Shown here: piece after piece, positions 7,942 through 18,591 of the stretch
How positions within the stretch are numbered: the stretch's first letter is position 1
How the letters are laid out: every line of letters starts with the position of its first letter
Origin: an uncultured Pelagibacteraceae bacterium
Lineage (GTDB): Bacteria; Pseudomonadota; Alphaproteobacteria; Pelagibacterales; AG-422-B15
DNA: 64,000 nt
Reading direction: 5' to 3'
Assembly: GCA_902519835.1 (NCBI GenBank)
Contig: CABYLU010000003.1
Span: 24,916 to 88,915 of the forward strand
The notes under the pieces: generated by a model
Database searches by the model: none
What the model was told of the DNA's origin: nothing
Seen by the model: the letters and a program-made list of their open reading frames with translations, nothing else
Position numbers and translations under genes: made by a program

Positions 7942-9725
7942 ATTTTGTTATCAAACTTAATATCAACTTTCGCTCCTTCAGTTCCATCATTTCTATTTTC
8001 AATATAAAATTCAGCATTATGATCAAATAATATCTTTTCAACAATCGCTAGACCTAAACCAGAGCCGCCTCTTCTTTTTTTTGTAGTAAAATAAGGTTTT
8101 ATAAGTTCATTTTTTTCATATTTTAATCCTACACCATTATCTAATATTAAAATATTTAAATAATCATTAGTAACTGAAGACTCTACAATGATATTACCGA
8201 CAGATACATTTGCCTCTTGTATTGATTGAATTGAATTAATTATAAGATTTTGAAATACTCTTGATATCTGAGATTTATCTATCAACATTTCATATTTATT
8301 TCTTGAAAAATTACATTCAAAATTAATCATTTTATAATTATCTCTATAATCATTAATTATATTGATAATAATTTCATAGATATCTTGTTTCTCTAATATT
8401 GGATTTGGTAGCCTCGCGAAGTTTGAAAATTCATCAACTAAATATCCTATTTCATTAACCTGACGCCTTATAGTTTCTATACAATCAGTAATTTCATTAT
8501 TATCAATTGCTGTATTTTTTATTTTCTTTTCCAATCTTTCGGATGAAAGTTGTATAGGAGTAAGTGGATTTTTAATTTCATGTGCAATTTTTCTAGCTAT
8601 ATCAGACCAAGTTTCATGCTTTTCTGAAATTAAAATTTGTTTGCGTTGTCTTATTATATCAGCACTCATTTTATTAAATGACTCTGCCAAACGATTTAAT
8701 TCTACGTAATCATTTGTTTTTTCAATTTTATCTTCATACTTACCTTTACTGATATTATTGGTAGCTTTTATTACCATCGATAAAGGCAAGACAATTTTTT
8801 CTGCAAATTTTAATCCTATAAATGTGGAGAGTAGAATAAGCACTAATGATATAACAATGTAGATAAGTACAAAAATAAGGCTTATTTGATCTCTATTATT
8901 TTCAAGAAATGTATACTCATTTTTAGCCGAAACAGTGTCATTTAAAGCGCTTATCACATTTGCATCCATGGATCTGCCTGCAAATAAGTATGAATTTTCA
9001 TAATTTTTTAACTTAACCAGTGCATAAACTTTGTTAACTATAGTTGATGACATAATGGCCATTTCCCCTGCATCAGCTCTTACAAATGAATTTTCTGGCG
9101 GACTATATTGTAGAATATTGTTATCAAATGCTTTTGCCGAAATAGCACCCTGTCTAGTAATTACATATACCTCAGGAAGTGCTCTAATTAAAGATTGAGT
9201 CCTTAATGCAATTGCTAATTTATTGTTATCATTTGATAGAACATCACTTGAAGAGTTAAGATCGTTGTACATTGCGTATACATCACCTTTAATAGTCTCT
9301 TTATGCTCTTCCAAGTAACTTTCAGCAACAAATACTGAATTATTAATTACATTGTTAATTTTTGAATTAAACCAATCATTGATACCAAAATTAATTAATA
9401 CCAAACCGATAATACCAAGAAAAATAGATGGCGTAAGTGCAATGAGTATAAAATATAATGTAAATTTACTATTAAGTGTGCTTATTTTTTTTCTTCTGAC
9501 CCTTAAATAGATTGGAAATAATAGGTAAATAAGTGAAAATATTAATATTAAAGTTAAAAGAGCTGCAAATAATATATATATATTTGAATACTCAAGTGTA
9601 CTAGCTGTATTGGTTCTCTGATAAAAGAGTAAGACAAAAGATAAGCCAATAAATATTAACGAACCTAAAATCAACAAAATAATACGCAGATTCAAAACTG
9701 AAATATTAATGTATTTATTGTTCAT
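7938..9725 (-). CDS. ntrY: Sensor histidine kinase NtrY (short form)
   Basis: N-terminal TM segments, a HAMP-like linker, H-box AHEIKNPLTPIQLSSERL, and HATPase GGSGLGLAIVEKI. It overlaps ntrX by 4 nt. At 595 aa there is no room for a PAS domain between HAMP and the H-box. Confidence 0.85.
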   Translation of the reverse strand: MNNKYINISVLNLRIILLILGSLIFIGLSFVLLFYQRTNTASTLEYSNIYILFAALLTLILIFSLIYLLFPIYLRVRRKKISTLNSKFTLYFILIALTPSIFLGIIGLVLINFGINDWFNSKINNVINNSVFVAESYLEEHKETIKGDVYAMYNDLNSSSDVLSNDNNKLAIALRTQSLIRALPEVYVITRQGAISAKAFDNNILQYSPPENSFVRADAGEMAIMSSTIVNKVYALVKLKNYENSYLFAGRSMDANVISALNDTVSAKNEYTFLENNRDQISLIFVLIYIVISLVLILLSTFIGLKFAEKIVLPLSMVIKATNNISKGKYEDKIEKTNDYVELNRLAESFNKMSADIIRQRKQILISEKHETWSDIARKIAHEIKNPLTPIQLSSERLEKKIKNTAIDNNEITDCIETIRRQVNEIGYLVDEFSNFARLPNPILEKQDIYEIIINIINDYRDNYKMINFECNFSRNKYEMLIDKSQISRVFQNLIINSIQSIQEANVSVGNIIVESSVTNDYLNILILDNGVGLKYEKNELIKPYFTTKKRRGGSGLGLAIVEKILFDHNAEFYIENRNDGTEGAKVDIKFDNKI

Positions 9726-9759
9726 TATGGACAGTTAATAAGCTATATAATATTTTACT

Positions 9760-10902
9760 ATGTCTTATAAAAAATCAAAAATTGCTTGTGTCGTATTAGC
9801 ATCAGGAAATGGCTCAAGATTTGACAGCTCAAAATCAAAACTCTTTTATAAGGTGCATCGCACTCCAATTATAGAAATAACGCTTAAAAATATAACAAAA
9901 TATTTAAACAAAGACTCTATATATATTACTATTCCAAAAAAAATAACTAAAAACGAAAAAAATTTATTATTGAAATACACTGAAAATCAATTGGTTTATG
10001 GCGGCAAAACGAGATTTGCCAGCCTCAAGCAGGCTATAAAAAATATCAATTCAAATAATTACGAATTTTTAATGATCCATGATGCAGCGAGACCTACATT
10101 TACAAAAAATATTATAATTGAACTAATATCGAGCATGAATAGTAAAAAATATCATTGTGCGGTACCAGCATCTAAAATTGAAGATACAATTAGAAAAAAA
10201 AATAGATCAATTAATAGAAATAATTATAAATACTATCAAACACCACAAGTATTTAAATTTAAATTTTTTCGAGATAATCTTTCAAAAATAAAAATTAATC
10301 CTACCGATGATCTCGGTGTCATCGAAAGAAACAAAAATTTAAAGATAAAGTACATTGAGGCTAGTAAAGAAAACATAAAAATAACAAAAAAAAATGATAT
10401 TGATACTTTAAAAAAGATTCTTAATTTTAATATTAAATATGGGAGTGGCTTTGATATACATAAACTTAAAAGCGGAAATTATCTATCATTAGCTGGATTA
10501 AAAATTAGATGCAACTACCAGGCTATTGGCTACTCTGACGGTGATGTTGTTATACATTCTTTAATTGATGCCTTGCTTGGAGCAAACAATAAAAGAGATA
10601 TTGGCACATATTTTCCTCCAGAAAAAAAATATAAAAACATTTCCTCAGTAGTTTTATTAGATGAAATAAAAAAAATAATCAAACTAGATAATTCAATTAT
10701 TAGCAATATTGATTGTACTATAATTTGTCAAAAAATAAGGCTTGAAAAATATAAAAAATTAATCAGAAAAAATATTTCTTCATTAATGAAATGTGATGAG
10801 AAAAATATAAATGTGAAAGCAAAGACTGCAGATAACATTGGTATTATAGGTAAATCTAAAGCAGTTGCTTGTTGGACTACAATAAAAATAATGAATTTAT
10901 GA
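9760..10902 (+). CDS. ispDF: Bifunctional IspD/IspF (MEP cytidylyltransferase / MEcPP synthase)
   Basis: N-terminal IspD (VVLASGNGSRF) fused to C-terminal IspF (GSGFDIHKL, GYSDGDVVIHSLIDALLGA). This fusion is typical of alphaproteobacteria. Confidence 0.9.
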   Translation: MSYKKSKIACVVLASGNGSRFDSSKSKLFYKVHRTPIIEITLKNITKYLNKDSIYITIPKKITKNEKNLLLKYTENQLVYGGKTRFASLKQAIKNINSNNYEFLMIHDAARPTFTKNIIIELISSMNSKKYHCAVPASKIEDTIRKKNRSINRNNYKYYQTPQVFKFKFFRDNLSKIKINPTDDLGVIERNKNLKIKYIEASKENIKITKKNDIDTLKKILNFNIKYGSGFDIHKLKSGNYLSLAGLKIRCNYQAIGYSDGDVVIHSLIDALLGANNKRDIGTYFPPEKKYKNISSVVLLDEIKKIIKLDNSIISNIDCTIICQKIRLEKYKKLIRKNISSLMKCDEKNINVKAKTADNIGIIGKSKAVACWTTIKIMNL

Positions 10903-11363
10903 TTTTTTTAATCAAGGTCTTTGTTACAGTATTTGGAATTGGTTATATCCGAATTGCACCAGGCACTTTTGGCTCACTATTCGCGATTCTTGTGTGGTAT
11001 ATTTCAATAAACTACCTAAATATTTATTTCTTTTATATTATAATTATAATAGTTTTTATTTGTTCATTTAAAGCTATCAATATTTATTTAAGAAAGGAAA
11101 ATAAAGACGATCCCTCGGAGGTTGTAGTTGATGAATTTATTGGTCAATCATTACCATTAATCTTTTTATTACAATTTAATGTATACGAGGTTTTATTGGC
11201 TTTTAGCAGTTTTAGATTATTTGATATTTTTAAGATTTATCCAGTTAATAAGGTAGAAAATATTAAAGGTGCTAATGGTGTAATTATGGATGATGTTGTT
11301 GCCGGCATTTATTCTCTTATAATAATTATGTTCTACAAAATAATTTTATTTTTAAATGCTTAG
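10899..11363 (+). CDS. pgpA: Phosphatidylglycerophosphatase A
   Basis: Motifs PGTFGSL, DPSEVVVDEFIGQ and MDDVVAGIYS. The tracked start at 10869 is a TTG. I prefer the ATG at 10899, which forms an ATGA overlap with the ispDF stop. Confidence 0.85.
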   Translation: MIFLIKVFVTVFGIGYIRIAPGTFGSLFAILVWYISINYLNIYFFYIIIIIVFICSFKAINIYLRKENKDDPSEVVVDEFIGQSLPLIFLLQFNVYEVLLAFSSFRLFDIFKIYPVNKVENIKGANGVIMDDVVAGIYSLIIIMFYKIILFLNA

Positions 11364-11847
11364 TTATATAAAAAAGATCAAGAAATTAAGAAAAGAAAAA
11401 CTGTTTAGTATTTGTCTAGCCGAGTCGTGCACTGGTGGTATGATTAGTAGCAAATTAACCAGTATTAGTGGATCCTCAGATTTTTTTGATGGCTCTGTTG
11501 TTTCATATTCTAATAAATTAAAAAAACGTCTTTTAAAAGTCCCTGAAACAACAATTAATAAATATGGAGCTGTAAGCCATCAGACTGCTTTATCAATGGT
11601 CAAAGGTTTAAAAAAAATTAGCAGTAGCGAAATATTAGTATCTGTCACTGGAGTTGCGGGGCCTGATGGAGGAAGTTCAAAAACACCAGTTGGTTGTGTT
11701 TATTTTGGACTGGGTACAAAAATAAAAAATAAATATTATTATACAACAATTAAAAAAATTTTTAGAGAAAGAACGAGGAAAAGAATTCAAGAAAAGAGCA
11801 CTGAGTTCATATTAAAAGAAATTATTAAGAATTTATCAAAAATCTAA
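11356..11847 (+). CDS. CinA C-terminal-domain protein (nicotinamide-nucleotide amidohydrolase PncC-like)
   Basis: Motifs LAESCTGGMISSKLTSISGSS, VSYSN and VTGVAGPDGG. 163 aa. Confidence 0.85.
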   Translation: MLSYIKKIKKLRKEKLFSICLAESCTGGMISSKLTSISGSSDFFDGSVVSYSNKLKKRLLKVPETTINKYGAVSHQTALSMVKGLKKISSSEILVSVTGVAGPDGGSSKTPVGCVYFGLGTKIKNKYYYTTIKKIFRERTRKRIQEKSTEFILKEIIKNLSKI

Positions 11848-12287
11848 TATATTTCATTTGCACGACTAATAAACGCATCGACCATTTTTTGAAAAGCAAG
11901 ATCAAAAAATTTTCTCATAAGGATATCAAAAAGTGTAATATTTAATTCAAAATCAATTTTAAATTGAATTTCACATTCAGACTCGTTTACAGTTACAAAT
12001 TTCCAATTATTTTCTAAATATTTAAAAGGCCCATCTAAGTTCCGAACATTTATTTGACTTTTATCTTTATGAAGCTTAACTTCACTGCGATAGGTATAAA
12101 CAAATTGATCGTAACCGATCTCTAGGTCAGCAATAACAATTTTAATATCATCTTTTATACTTGTATTGATTATTTTAGAATTGTTACACCACGGAAGAAA
12201 TTCATCATAACGGTCAATATCGGCAACTAGATCAAACATTTGATCTTTTGAATAATTAACAGTTTTGCTTTCTTCTTGCTTAGGCAT
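11844..12287 (-). CDS. SRPBCC-fold protein of the RatA/COQ10 family
   Basis: 147 aa, immediately downstream of and overlapping lipA, as in many alphaproteobacteria. General SRPBCC pattern (DRYDEFLPWC). Confidence 0.7.
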   Translation of the reverse strand: MPKQEESKTVNYSKDQMFDLVADIDRYDEFLPWCNNSKIINTSIKDDIKIVIADLEIGYDQFVYTYRSEVKLHKDKSQINVRNLDGPFKYLENNWKFVTVNESECEIQFKIDFELNITLFDILMRKFFDLAFQKMVDAFISRANEIY

Positions 12288-13203
12288 TCAACATTATATA
12301 TTTCAATCTCTTAAAGTCATCTTCTGCATGATATGACGATCTTGTAAAGGGTGATGAAGATGCTATTTTAAACCCCCTACTCATAGCTTCTTCATAAAGT
12401 TTGTGAAAGTAATCGGGGCTATGATATTTAATTACCGGATGATGGTTTCTTGTGGGTCTTAAATATTGACCAATGGTAATGAAATCCACATCATTATACC
12501 TCAAGTCATCCATTAATTTCATAATTTCATAAAATTTCTCGCCTAAACCGATCATTATTCCAGATTTGGTAAATAGATTAGGGTTTAATTTTTTAATATT
12601 CCTGAGAATAGATAGTGAGTGTTTATAATTGGCGCCTGGTCTTACAGTTTTATATAAAGACTCAACAGTTTCTAAGTTGTGGTTAAATACATCTATTTGA
12701 CATTTAGATAGCAATTCAATCGAATTTTTTTTATTTCTAAAATCAGGAGTTAATATTTCAATAGTCGTGTTAGGACATTTTAATTTTATTTCATTAATTG
12801 TGTTTGAAAAATGTTTAGCTCCACCATCATTAAGATCGTCTCTATCGACAGATGTAATTACTACATGAGATAATTTTAATTTTTTTACCGAATTTGCAAC
12901 TCTTATAGGTTCCATATGATCAACATGGTTTGGTTTGCCAGTACTGATATTGCAGAAACTGCATGCTCTCGTACAAATATCTCCAAGTATCATAAATGTC
13001 GCATGGGATTTTGCCCAGCAATCAGAAATATTGGGGCACATCGCTTCTTCACATACAGTAACAATTTTATTTGATTTTAAGGTTTTCTTTATTTCGTTAA
13101 TTTTATCTATTTGGATCTTAACCTTTATCCACTCAGGCTTAACTGGACTGTCAATTGTAGAAAATTTCTTTCTTAAAAGAGCTTTAGATATATTATTTGG
13201 CAT
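12280..13203 (-). CDS. lipA: Lipoyl synthase
   Basis: Auxiliary cluster CEEAMCPNISDC plus radical-SAM CTRACSFCNI. 307 aa. Confidence 0.95.
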   Translation of the reverse strand: MPNNISKALLRKKFSTIDSPVKPEWIKVKIQIDKINEIKKTLKSNKIVTVCEEAMCPNISDCWAKSHATFMILGDICTRACSFCNISTGKPNHVDHMEPIRVANSVKKLKLSHVVITSVDRDDLNDGGAKHFSNTINEIKLKCPNTTIEILTPDFRNKKNSIELLSKCQIDVFNHNLETVESLYKTVRPGANYKHSLSILRNIKKLNPNLFTKSGIMIGLGEKFYEIMKLMDDLRYNDVDFITIGQYLRPTRNHHPVIKYHSPDYFHKLYEEAMSRGFKIASSSPFTRSSYHAEDDFKRLKYIMLNA

Positions 13204-13252
13204 CGATACATGATCATAAATAATGGTAATTCAATGTAATTTCAAGTGGATA

Positions 13253-13585
13253 CTAATTGTCAAAAAATATAATGAATTCGTTATTTTTTCCGTAGCCTAG
13301 AACGTTTCTTATCTGTTCATCAACTAGATCGGTATTTTTGTCATGTTTTTGCAAAGAAGAGATTTTAACCTCGTATAAACTATTGCTGCTTTTTATATTT
13401 TTTACCTTTGTCTCAAGATTCGCAATTTCTGCATTTAGTCTAGAATGAGATAAGAGGCCGTTATTTCCATCAAAAATATTGAATAATAAATATATTAAAA
13501 TTAATGGAAGAAAAAAATAAGAATAATAATTCTTAATGGCCATCATTAATGTAGCAATCTTATTCATGTTGAGTAAGAGAATCAT
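13253..13585 (-). CDS. ftsB: Septum formation initiator (FtsB/DivIC-like)
   Basis: One N-terminal TM segment followed by a coiled coil (LNAEIANLETKVKNIKSSN). Conserved position upstream of eno. The exact start (13585 or the internal ATG at 13567) is uncertain. Confidence 0.6.
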   Translation of the reverse strand: MILLLNMNKIATLMMAIKNYYSYFFLPLILIYLLFNIFDGNNGLLSHSRLNAEIANLETKVKNIKSSNSLYEVKISSLQKHDKNTDLVDEQIRNVLGYGKNNEFIIFFDN

Positions 13586-13683
13586 ATTTGGCGAATCAGG
13601 ACAATTTCAATGAATAAAAAAGGTAGAAAAAAAATAAAAAAAATGCTTTTGGACTCTTTTTGTTCTCTTTAATAAGTATTGTA

Positions 13684-14952
13684 TCAGTAGAACTTATTGA
13701 TTTTTAATGATTTTTTAGAATTAAAAAATTCCTCAATTCTAATTAGTTGGTTGAATTTAGCAATTCTATCAGAACGAGACATTGACCCTGTTTTAATTTG
13801 ACCAGAATTAGTTGCTACTGAAAGATCAGAAATAAACGTATTTTCTGTTTCACCAGATCGGTGAGAGATAATAGTTTCTAAACCATTTATTTGAGCAAGT
13901 TCTATCGCCTTCATGGTTTCAGTTAACGTTCCAATTTGATTTACCTTTATTAAGACAGCGTTTGCAGCTTTCATTTTTATGCCTTTTGAAATTAAATCTA
14001 TATTAGTTGTAAATATATCGTCCCCAACAACTTGTATTTCAGATCCATAATTATGATTAAATTTTTGCCATGCTTTCCAGTCATCTTCTGCAAAAGGGTC
14101 TTCAAGTGAAATAATAGAATATTTTTTACACAATTTGATTAAATAATCAGAAAATTGATCACTAGAAAATGATTTTTTCTCTGATAGGATTTTATATTTT
14201 TTATTATTATAAAATTCAGATGCCGCAACATCCAATGACAAAAAGAAATCTTTTCCTAATTTATATCCTGTTTTTGTAATCGCCTCTTTTATTAGTGCGC
14301 AGGCTTGGTCCTCATTTTTTAGATTTGGCGCAAAACCACCTTCGTCTCCAACTGCAGTTGATATATTCTTTTTTTCTAAAATTTGTTTAAGTGTGTGAAA
14401 AACTTCGGATGCTTTTCTAATAGATTCTGTAAACGTATTGCATTTTACAGGTATAATCATGAATTCTTGAAATGATAAATTATTATTTGCATGGGCTCCT
14501 CCATTTATAATATTAAGCATAGGTGTTGGCATTCTAAATGCCTTGGAGCCACCTAAATATTTGTAAAGTGGAATGCCCAAATACTTTGAAGCAGCGTCAG
14601 CACAGGCAAGTGAAACACTTAATATCGCATTGGCCCCTAACCTTTTTTTATTTGGCGTTCCATCTAATTCTATTAAAGTCTCATCAATTTCTTCCTGCTC
14701 AAGAACATCATAACCAGAAATTGTATCAAAAATTACGGTATTGACATTGTCTACTGCCTTTAAAACAGATTTTCCATGATATGACTTCTTTTTATCCCTT
14801 AATTCAAAAGCCTCATTTTTACCAGTTGATGCACCAGATGGAACAGCAGCTCTACCCATAATACCGTTTGGTAGAAAAACGTCTGTTTCAACAGTAGGGT
14901 TGCCTCTGCTGTCGAATATTTGTCTGGAAACTATATTTTTTATAAAATGCAT
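13684..14952 (-). CDS. eno: Enolase
   Basis: Full-length 422 aa with SRGNPTVE, PSGASTG and SHRSGETE blocks. Confidence 0.97.
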   Translation of the reverse strand: MHFIKNIVSRQIFDSRGNPTVETDVFLPNGIMGRAAVPSGASTGKNEAFELRDKKKSYHGKSVLKAVDNVNTVIFDTISGYDVLEQEEIDETLIELDGTPNKKRLGANAILSVSLACADAASKYLGIPLYKYLGGSKAFRMPTPMLNIINGGAHANNNLSFQEFMIIPVKCNTFTESIRKASEVFHTLKQILEKKNISTAVGDEGGFAPNLKNEDQACALIKEAITKTGYKLGKDFFLSLDVAASEFYNNKKYKILSEKKSFSSDQFSDYLIKLCKKYSIISLEDPFAEDDWKAWQKFNHNYGSEIQVVGDDIFTTNIDLISKGIKMKAANAVLIKVNQIGTLTETMKAIELAQINGLETIISHRSGETENTFISDLSVATNSGQIKTGSMSRSDRIAKFNQLIRIEEFFNSKKSLKINKFY

Positions 14953-14977
14953 AAATATCTATGTTATCTCTAGATAC

Positions 14978-15805
14978 TTATTTTTCTTTGACTAAATTGT
15001 CAATTTCAATGAGTTTTTTTATCAAATCATTCATATCTTCTAATTTGACCATATTTGGTCCATCGGATGGAGCATTATCTGGATCATTATGAGTTTCCAT
15101 AAATACACCTGCAACACCAACTGCAGTAGCAGCTTTTGATAGAGCCGGCACATACTTTCTATCTCCCCCACTTTTATCACCCATTCCTCCGGGTGATTGC
15201 ACGGAGTGAGTTGCGTCAAAAATTACAGGGTAGCCTATCTCACTTTTCATAATTTCAAGTGATCTCATATCAGAAACTAAATTATTATAGCCAAATGAAG
15301 CTCCTCTTTCAGTCAAAAGTATTTTCTTATTGCCGCTCTCTTCAATTTTTTTAGAGACATTAATCATGTCTAATGGAGCTAAAAACTGGCCTTTTTTAAT
15401 ATTTACTATTAAATCAGTTCTTGCTGCAGCAATTAATAAATCAGTCTGTCTGCATAAAAAAGCTGGAATTTGTACTATATCAACATAATTTTTTACTTTC
15501 TCACAGTCAGATACATTATGTACGTCTGTTAAAATATTTATCTTATATTCGTCTTTTAGAGATTTAAATATTTCCAATGAAGCATCAATTCCTAAACCTC
15601 TCTCAGAATGTAAACTGGTACGGTTGGCCTTATCAAAAGAGGTCTTATAAACAAAATTAATTTTTAATTTTGTAGTAATTTCTAAGAGCGCCTCAACCAT
15701 TTTTTTAGCATGACTATGGGATTCAAGAACACATGGTCCAGCTATTAGATTTAATTTATCATAATTAGAAAATTCAAAATTATTCAATTTTACTGTTTTA
15801 TTCAT
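14978..15805 (-). CDS. kdsA: 3-deoxy-8-phosphooctulonate synthase
   Basis: 275 aa with blocks [18 protein letters not shown]-type ([10 protein letters not shown]) and DATHSVQ. Confidence 0.95.
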   Translation of the reverse strand: MNKTVKLNNFEFSNYDKLNLIAGPCVLESHSHAKKMVEALLEITTKLKINFVYKTSFDKANRTSLHSERGLGIDASLEIFKSLKDEYKINILTDVHNVSDCEKVKNYVDIVQIPAFLCRQTDLLIAAARTDLIVNIKKGQFLAPLDMINVSKKIEESGNKKILLTERGASFGYNNLVSDMRSLEIMKSEIGYPVIFDATHSVQSPGGMGDKSGGDRKYVPALSKAATAVGVAGVFMETHNDPDNAPSDGPNMVKLEDMNDLIKKLIEIDNLVKEK

Positions 15806-17427
15806 CTTTGTATCTTTTTTGCTGCATCTATAAATGACTTAAATAAAGGATGTGGTTCAAATGGTTTTGATTTTAATTCAGGGTGATATTGCACTCCAAT
15901 AAACCATGGATGATCTTTCAATTCAACAGTTTCAGGTAACAGTCCATCCGGTGAATAACCAGAAAAGATGACACCTTTGTTCTCAAATTCTTCAGCAAAT
16001 TTATTGTTAACTTCATATCTGTGACGATGTCTTTCATTAATAATTTCGTCTTTATATATATTATATATTTTACTGCCCTTTCTTAATTTTGCTTCATATG
16101 ACCCAAGTCTCATCGTTCCGCCAAGGTCGTCATTTTTAGATCTCTTTTCGGTCGTATTATCCGAAGTTGTCCACTCCGTCATGAGGCCGACAATTGAATT
16201 ATTGCAATTAGAGAATTCACTCGAATTTGCATCCTGTATGCCTAATATATTTCTTGCCATTTCTATAACTGCAAGTTGCATTCCAAAACATATTCCAAAA
16301 TAAGGTATTTTGTTTTCTCTCGCATACTTAATTGCTGCAATTTTTCCTTCCGAACCCCGTTCACCAAATCCTCCAGGAACTAAAATGCCATGACAATTTG
16401 CTAATAAGCTTGACGTATTGGAACTATTTAATTCTTCAGACTCAAACCATTTTAATTCAACCTTTACATTGTTAAAAATTCCACCATGAGATAGTGCTTC
16501 ATTCAGTGATTTATAAGCATCAGCAAGTCCTGTATATTTGCCTACTATTCCAATTACGACCTTTCCTTCAGGCTCAAGAACATGTTTAGAAACTTGAGAC
16601 CACATTTTAAGATCTATAGTTTTATTTGTATTTAAATTGAAATATTCTAGAACTCTTTTATCTAATTCTTCATTATAAAAATTAATTGGAACTTCGTATA
16701 TTGAATTTGCGTTTATTGCTTGAATTACACAGTTATGTTGAACATTACAGAATAAACCAATTTTTTTTCGTTCTCCTTCAGGTATTATTCTGTCAGATCT
16801 GCACAATAGAATGTTTGGCTGTATACCCAAACTCCTCAATTCTTTTACTGAATGTTGAGTAGGTTTTGTTTTTAATTCGCCTGAACTTGCAATGTATGGT
16901 ACCAAAGTAACATGAATAAATAATGAATTTGCATGTCCATTATCATTGTGAAATTGTCTAATAGCTTCTATAAAAGGCAAGCTTTCAATATCACCAATTG
17001 TTCCACCTATCTCACATATCACAAAATCTTCTTTCTCAAGATCGTTTGAAATAAATTCTTTAATCTCATTTGTAACATGTGGAATAACTTGTACTGTAGC
17101 ACCCAAGTACTCCCCTTTTCTCTCTCTTGTTATAATTTTTTGATATACTCTTCCAGAGGTAATATTGTCAGATTTTTTAGAAACTACGCCAGTAAATCTT
17201 TCATAATGACCAAGATCTAAATCCGTTTCTGCACCATCATCAGTAACATAAACTTCACCATGTTGATATGGACTCATTGTGCCTGGATCAACATTTAGAT
17301 ATGGATCTAATTTTCTAATCCTTACTTTATAGCCATGATGTTGAAGTAAAGAAGCTAAAGAAGCAGAAGCTAAGCCTTTACCAAGAGATGAAACCACGCC
17401 GCCTGTTACAAATATAAATCGCGTCAT
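15802..17427 (-). CDS. pyrG: CTP synthase
   Basis: 541 aa. Motifs [13 protein letters not shown] and the GATase Cys block GICFGMQ. Confidence 0.97.
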   Translation of the reverse strand: MTRFIFVTGGVVSSLGKGLASASLASLLQHHGYKVRIRKLDPYLNVDPGTMSPYQHGEVYVTDDGAETDLDLGHYERFTGVVSKKSDNITSGRVYQKIITRERKGEYLGATVQVIPHVTNEIKEFISNDLEKEDFVICEIGGTIGDIESLPFIEAIRQFHNDNGHANSLFIHVTLVPYIASSGELKTKPTQHSVKELRSLGIQPNILLCRSDRIIPEGERKKIGLFCNVQHNCVIQAINANSIYEVPINFYNEELDKRVLEYFNLNTNKTIDLKMWSQVSKHVLEPEGKVVIGIVGKYTGLADAYKSLNEALSHGGIFNNVKVELKWFESEELNSSNTSSLLANCHGILVPGGFGERGSEGKIAAIKYARENKIPYFGICFGMQLAVIEMARNILGIQDANSSEFSNCNNSIVGLMTEWTTSDNTTEKRSKNDDLGGTMRLGSYEAKLRKGSKIYNIYKDEIINERHRHRYEVNNKFAEEFENKGVIFSGYSPDGLLPETVELKDHPWFIGVQYHPELKSKPFEPHPLFKSFIDAAKKIQR

Positions 17428-17469
17428 GGAAGTATCTTATACTACAGAGTCTTTATTAAATCAAAGGTA

Positions 17470-17781
17470 TTAATCTAGTTGTGGTAATTCAGGTAAATCT
17501 TCAATTAAATCGTCTTTCGTTTGCTCTGTGCCTGTGTCTTCAAAATTAAGCGTTCTATCTGATGATTTTAAACTTAAAACAGTTAGGCTTATACTTGTAA
17601 TAACAAATAATACAGCAATAATTGCGGTTGTTCTTGTTAATATGTCAGCACTTCCTCGAGGAGACATGCCGTCACTACCGCCCCCAATGCCAAGTGCACC
17701 GCCCTCTGCTCTTTGAACGAGTACAACAATAATTAATACAACTGCAAGTATAGCGTGGATTATTAATAAAGATGTTTCCAT
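17470..17781 (-). CDS. secG: Preprotein translocase subunit SecG
   Basis: 103 aa with two TM segments and the GGG-rich loop (QRAEGGALGIGGGS). Conserved position next to tpiA. Confidence 0.85.
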   Translation of the reverse strand: METSLLIIHAILAVVLIIVVLVQRAEGGALGIGGGSDGMSPRGSADILTRTTAIIAVLFVITSISLTVLSLKSSDRTLNFEDTGTEQTKDDLIEDLPELPQLD

Positions 17782-17801
17782 AAAATGAGTTATATATCTA
17801 A

Positions 17802-18542
17802 TTATGAGTAAGAATCAATTATTTTACTAAAATCTTTTGATTTTAAAGACGCGCCACCCACTAAAGCACCATCTACTTGATCTAAATTTAAAATATCACT
17901 AGCATTGGAAGGATTGACTGACCCTCCATATAATATTGAGATATTTTGACTTTTAGATTTACCAATTTTTTTTGAGAGTAAATTTCTAATATCTAAATGT
18001 ATACTATTGATTTCACTGATTGTTGGGGTTTTACCTGTCCCGATGGCCCATACAGGTTCGTAAGCAATAATAAGATTTTTTATATTTATTTTTTTTGGAA
18101 GTGAGCTGAGCTGACTATTGAGAATCTTTTTTCTAATCTTTATTTCACTTAATTTCTCGCCTATGCAGTAAATAATTTTTAAATTATACTTGCTTGCAAT
18201 ATCAATTTTTAAATTAAGTTCTTTTGATGTTTCTTTCTGATACTCCCTTCGTTCGGAATGGCCTATTATGACATATTTGCATCCCGTGGATTTAAGCATT
18301 TGAGCACTGATACATCCAGTAAATGCACCTTCATTTAAGTGATGACAGTCTTGGCCCCCAAAATCAATTCCAGTATTTGTGTTAATGAAATTAGTCAACA
18401 ATGTAAAAGGAGGGCAAATGACAACCTTAGATTTTTTATGTCTTGTTTTTTTAATATGCCTGTCAATAGAATTTACTACCTTTACAGCACCATTTAAGCC
18501 ATTCATCTTCCAATTAGCGATAGTATATTTAACCCTTTTCAT
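17802..18542 (-). CDS. tpiA: Triosephosphate isomerase
   Basis: Motifs ANWKMNG, IGHSERR and AYEPVWAIGTG. Confidence 0.95.
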   Translation of the reverse strand: MKRVKYTIANWKMNGLNGAVKVVNSIDRHIKKTRHKKSKVVICPPFTLLTNFINTNTGIDFGGQDCHHLNEGAFTGCISAQMLKSTGCKYVIIGHSERREYQKETSKELNLKIDIASKYNLKIIYCIGEKLSEIKIRKKILNSQLSSLPKKINIKNLIIAYEPVWAIGTGKTPTISEINSIHLDIRNLLSKKIGKSKSQNISILYGGSVNPSNASDILNLDQVDGALVGGASLKSKDFSKIIDSYS

Positions 18543-18591
18543 TCCTAATTATTCCTTTTATAAACTTTAATTTATACCATCATAGTAAAAA

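Noticed and set aside
11844-12287. RatA-family 'toxin' as a possible toxin-antitoxin or defence module
   Set aside because: There is no partner antitoxin ORF. The gene overlaps lipA in the arrangement conserved across alphaproteobacteria and belongs to the SRPBCC/COQ10 housekeeping group.
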